Assembly: GCF_032062105.1 (NCBI RefSeq)
Contig: NW_026931074.1
Location: 217,587-281,586 of the forward strand
Direction: 5' to 3'
Length of the DNA: 64,000 bases
From: Saccostrea cucullata
Taxonomy: Eukaryota
Part shown: one piece after another, positions 63,287 through 64,000 of the stretch
Layout: the number at the start of each line of letters is the position of its first letter
Numbering within the stretch: position 1 is the first letter of the stretch
Notes under the pieces: generated by a model
Told to the model about the DNA's origin: nothing
What the model saw: only the letters and a program-made list of their open reading frames with translations
Database searches by the model: none
Program-made: the position numbers and the translations under genes

Positions 63287-64000
63287 ATGTTGAAATTTGG
63301 CATAAATTTTGCCCAACACTACGTGCAGTGTGCGCTTTGTGACCGGAGCGCGGAATACTATTGCTACATCTGCGCCGAGAGATTGTGTCTGGCATGTCGC
63401 GACCACCACATCCAAAGCGACACCACCACCTTCCATGCTATTGTTCTGTACCAGGACAGGCAGCCAGCACCTTCTAAAACAGAGCCCTGTCGCGTTCATC
63501 AAGAATTTTGCTATGAAATGGCCTGTGAGTTATGCAAACTACCAGTCTGCTCAAGATGCAAGGAAGAAGACCACCGAAGCCATACGTTCAAAAACATTAA
63601 CGACGCATTAAAGGAATCGGAAAAGCGTTGCAATATTAAGATTCAGAACATCAAAAAGGCCATCATACCAAAATGGCGGGATACACTATCCACTTTGAGT
63701 GAAGAAAAAGTTGAATCAAAAGAAGAAATCTCTAAAATTAGATCACAATTGCAAGATGATGCAAAGAAACTGAAAGATTTAGTGGACGTTATTGTGGAGA
63801 GAAACTGTCGAAGTCTGGATTGTGAGGAAGAGCGAATTAATGATTACTTGGAAAGGCAGGCAACCCTCATATCAGGATACATTACAAACAATGAACAGTT
63901 AATCGATAACTATGAGGATAAGAAGAGGGGACCTTACGAGAAACTGATGCTGCGGAAAGAGATTTTCGAGTCTGATGTCATGGAATTTGAAGAAACAAAC
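63287..64000 (+). CDS. B-box/B-box/coiled-coil (TRIM-like, RING-less in the visible part) protein, 5' part; CDS runs off the window end
   Basis: ATG at 63287 is preceded by an in-frame TAG. The frame is open to 64000 and is not in the ORF track because there is no stop. The translation MLKFGINFAQHYVQCALCDRSAEYYCYICAERLCLACRDHHIQSDTTTFHAIVLYQ...EPCRVHQEFCYEMACELCKLPVCSRCKEEDHRSHTFKNINDALKESEKRCNIKIQNIKK... contains two B-box zinc-finger C/H arrays followed by a heptad-rich coiled coil. No intron is evident over 714 nt. The ORFs 63309..63611 (+) and 63281..63502 (-) are off-frame artefacts. Confidence 0.65.
   Translation, partial: MLKFGINFAQHYVQCALCDRSAEYYCYICAERLCLACRDHHIQSDTTTFHAIVLYQDRQPAPSKTEPCRVHQEFCYEMACELCKLPVCSRCKEEDHRSHTFKNINDALKESEKRCNIKIQNIKKAIIPKWRDTLSTLSEEKVESKEEISKIRSQLQDDAKKLKDLVDVIVERNCRSLDCEEERINDYLERQATLISGYITNNEQLIDNYEDKKRGPYEKLMLRKEIFESDVMEFEETN

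Overview
This 64-kb window is AT-rich, CpG-depleted eukaryotic genomic DNA with spliced genes, not a prokaryotic locus. The MITE structures, (GACA)n tracts and an RTE-type LINE suggest an invertebrate genome, possibly a bivalve mollusc, but that is an inference. I can support four protein-coding loci and a large load of repeats and transposable elements.

**Genes**
- The last visible exons of a Sel1-like-repeat protein gene lie on the + strand at 1..1589. The exons are 1-89, 315-472, 748-919 and 1424-1589.
- A complete-looking flavin amine-oxidase gene of the polyamine/spermine oxidase type (PAOX/SMOX-like) lies on the - strand. Its five coding exons at 37327..37135, 32362..31457, 25880..25751, 22824..22707 and 21889..21773 join in frame to a 487-aa product. 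It carries the N-terminal GAGISG FAD-binding fold and the C-terminal GGEATH..TTHGA..SG.REA motif.
- A + strand gene encodes a basic, S/T/P-rich, low-complexity protein with a KEN motif. Its main exon is 42251-42803 with the ATG at 42261, and two speculative small 3' exons follow.
- A + strand, apparently intronless B-box/B-box/coiled-coil (TRIM-like) gene starts at 63287 and runs off the window end.

**Repeats and mobile elements**
- A 5.7-kb minisatellite of about 175 copies of a 31-33-bp hairpin-capable unit at 14143-19815.
- Two copies of a roughly 1-kb MITE with TIR gctcacctgag, internal 150-160-bp tandem repeats and a (GACA/GACG)n tail, sitting in consecutive introns of the oxidase gene. 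This architecture resembles the pearl MITE family of oysters, from memory.
- A hAT-like MITE with an 8-bp target-site duplication (TSD).
- A composite element with terminal inverted repeats (TIRs) and poly-G.
- A degenerate RTE-clade LINE at roughly 47.3-50.2 kb, with an antisense nested insertion and a tRNA-derived SINE head just 5' of it.
- A cluster of inverted copies of a CGATCG/CCGATG-rich non-autonomous element at 50.2-51.9 kb.
- A roughly 142-bp tandem satellite carrying CCAAT and CACGTG motifs.
- A foldback-like giant palindrome at about 52.9-58.2 kb, with arms built from roughly 120-bp tandem subrepeats. The arms are about 1.35 kb and the spacer about 1 kb. This is the feature I would look at first.

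Most six-frame ORFs inside these repeats are artefacts.
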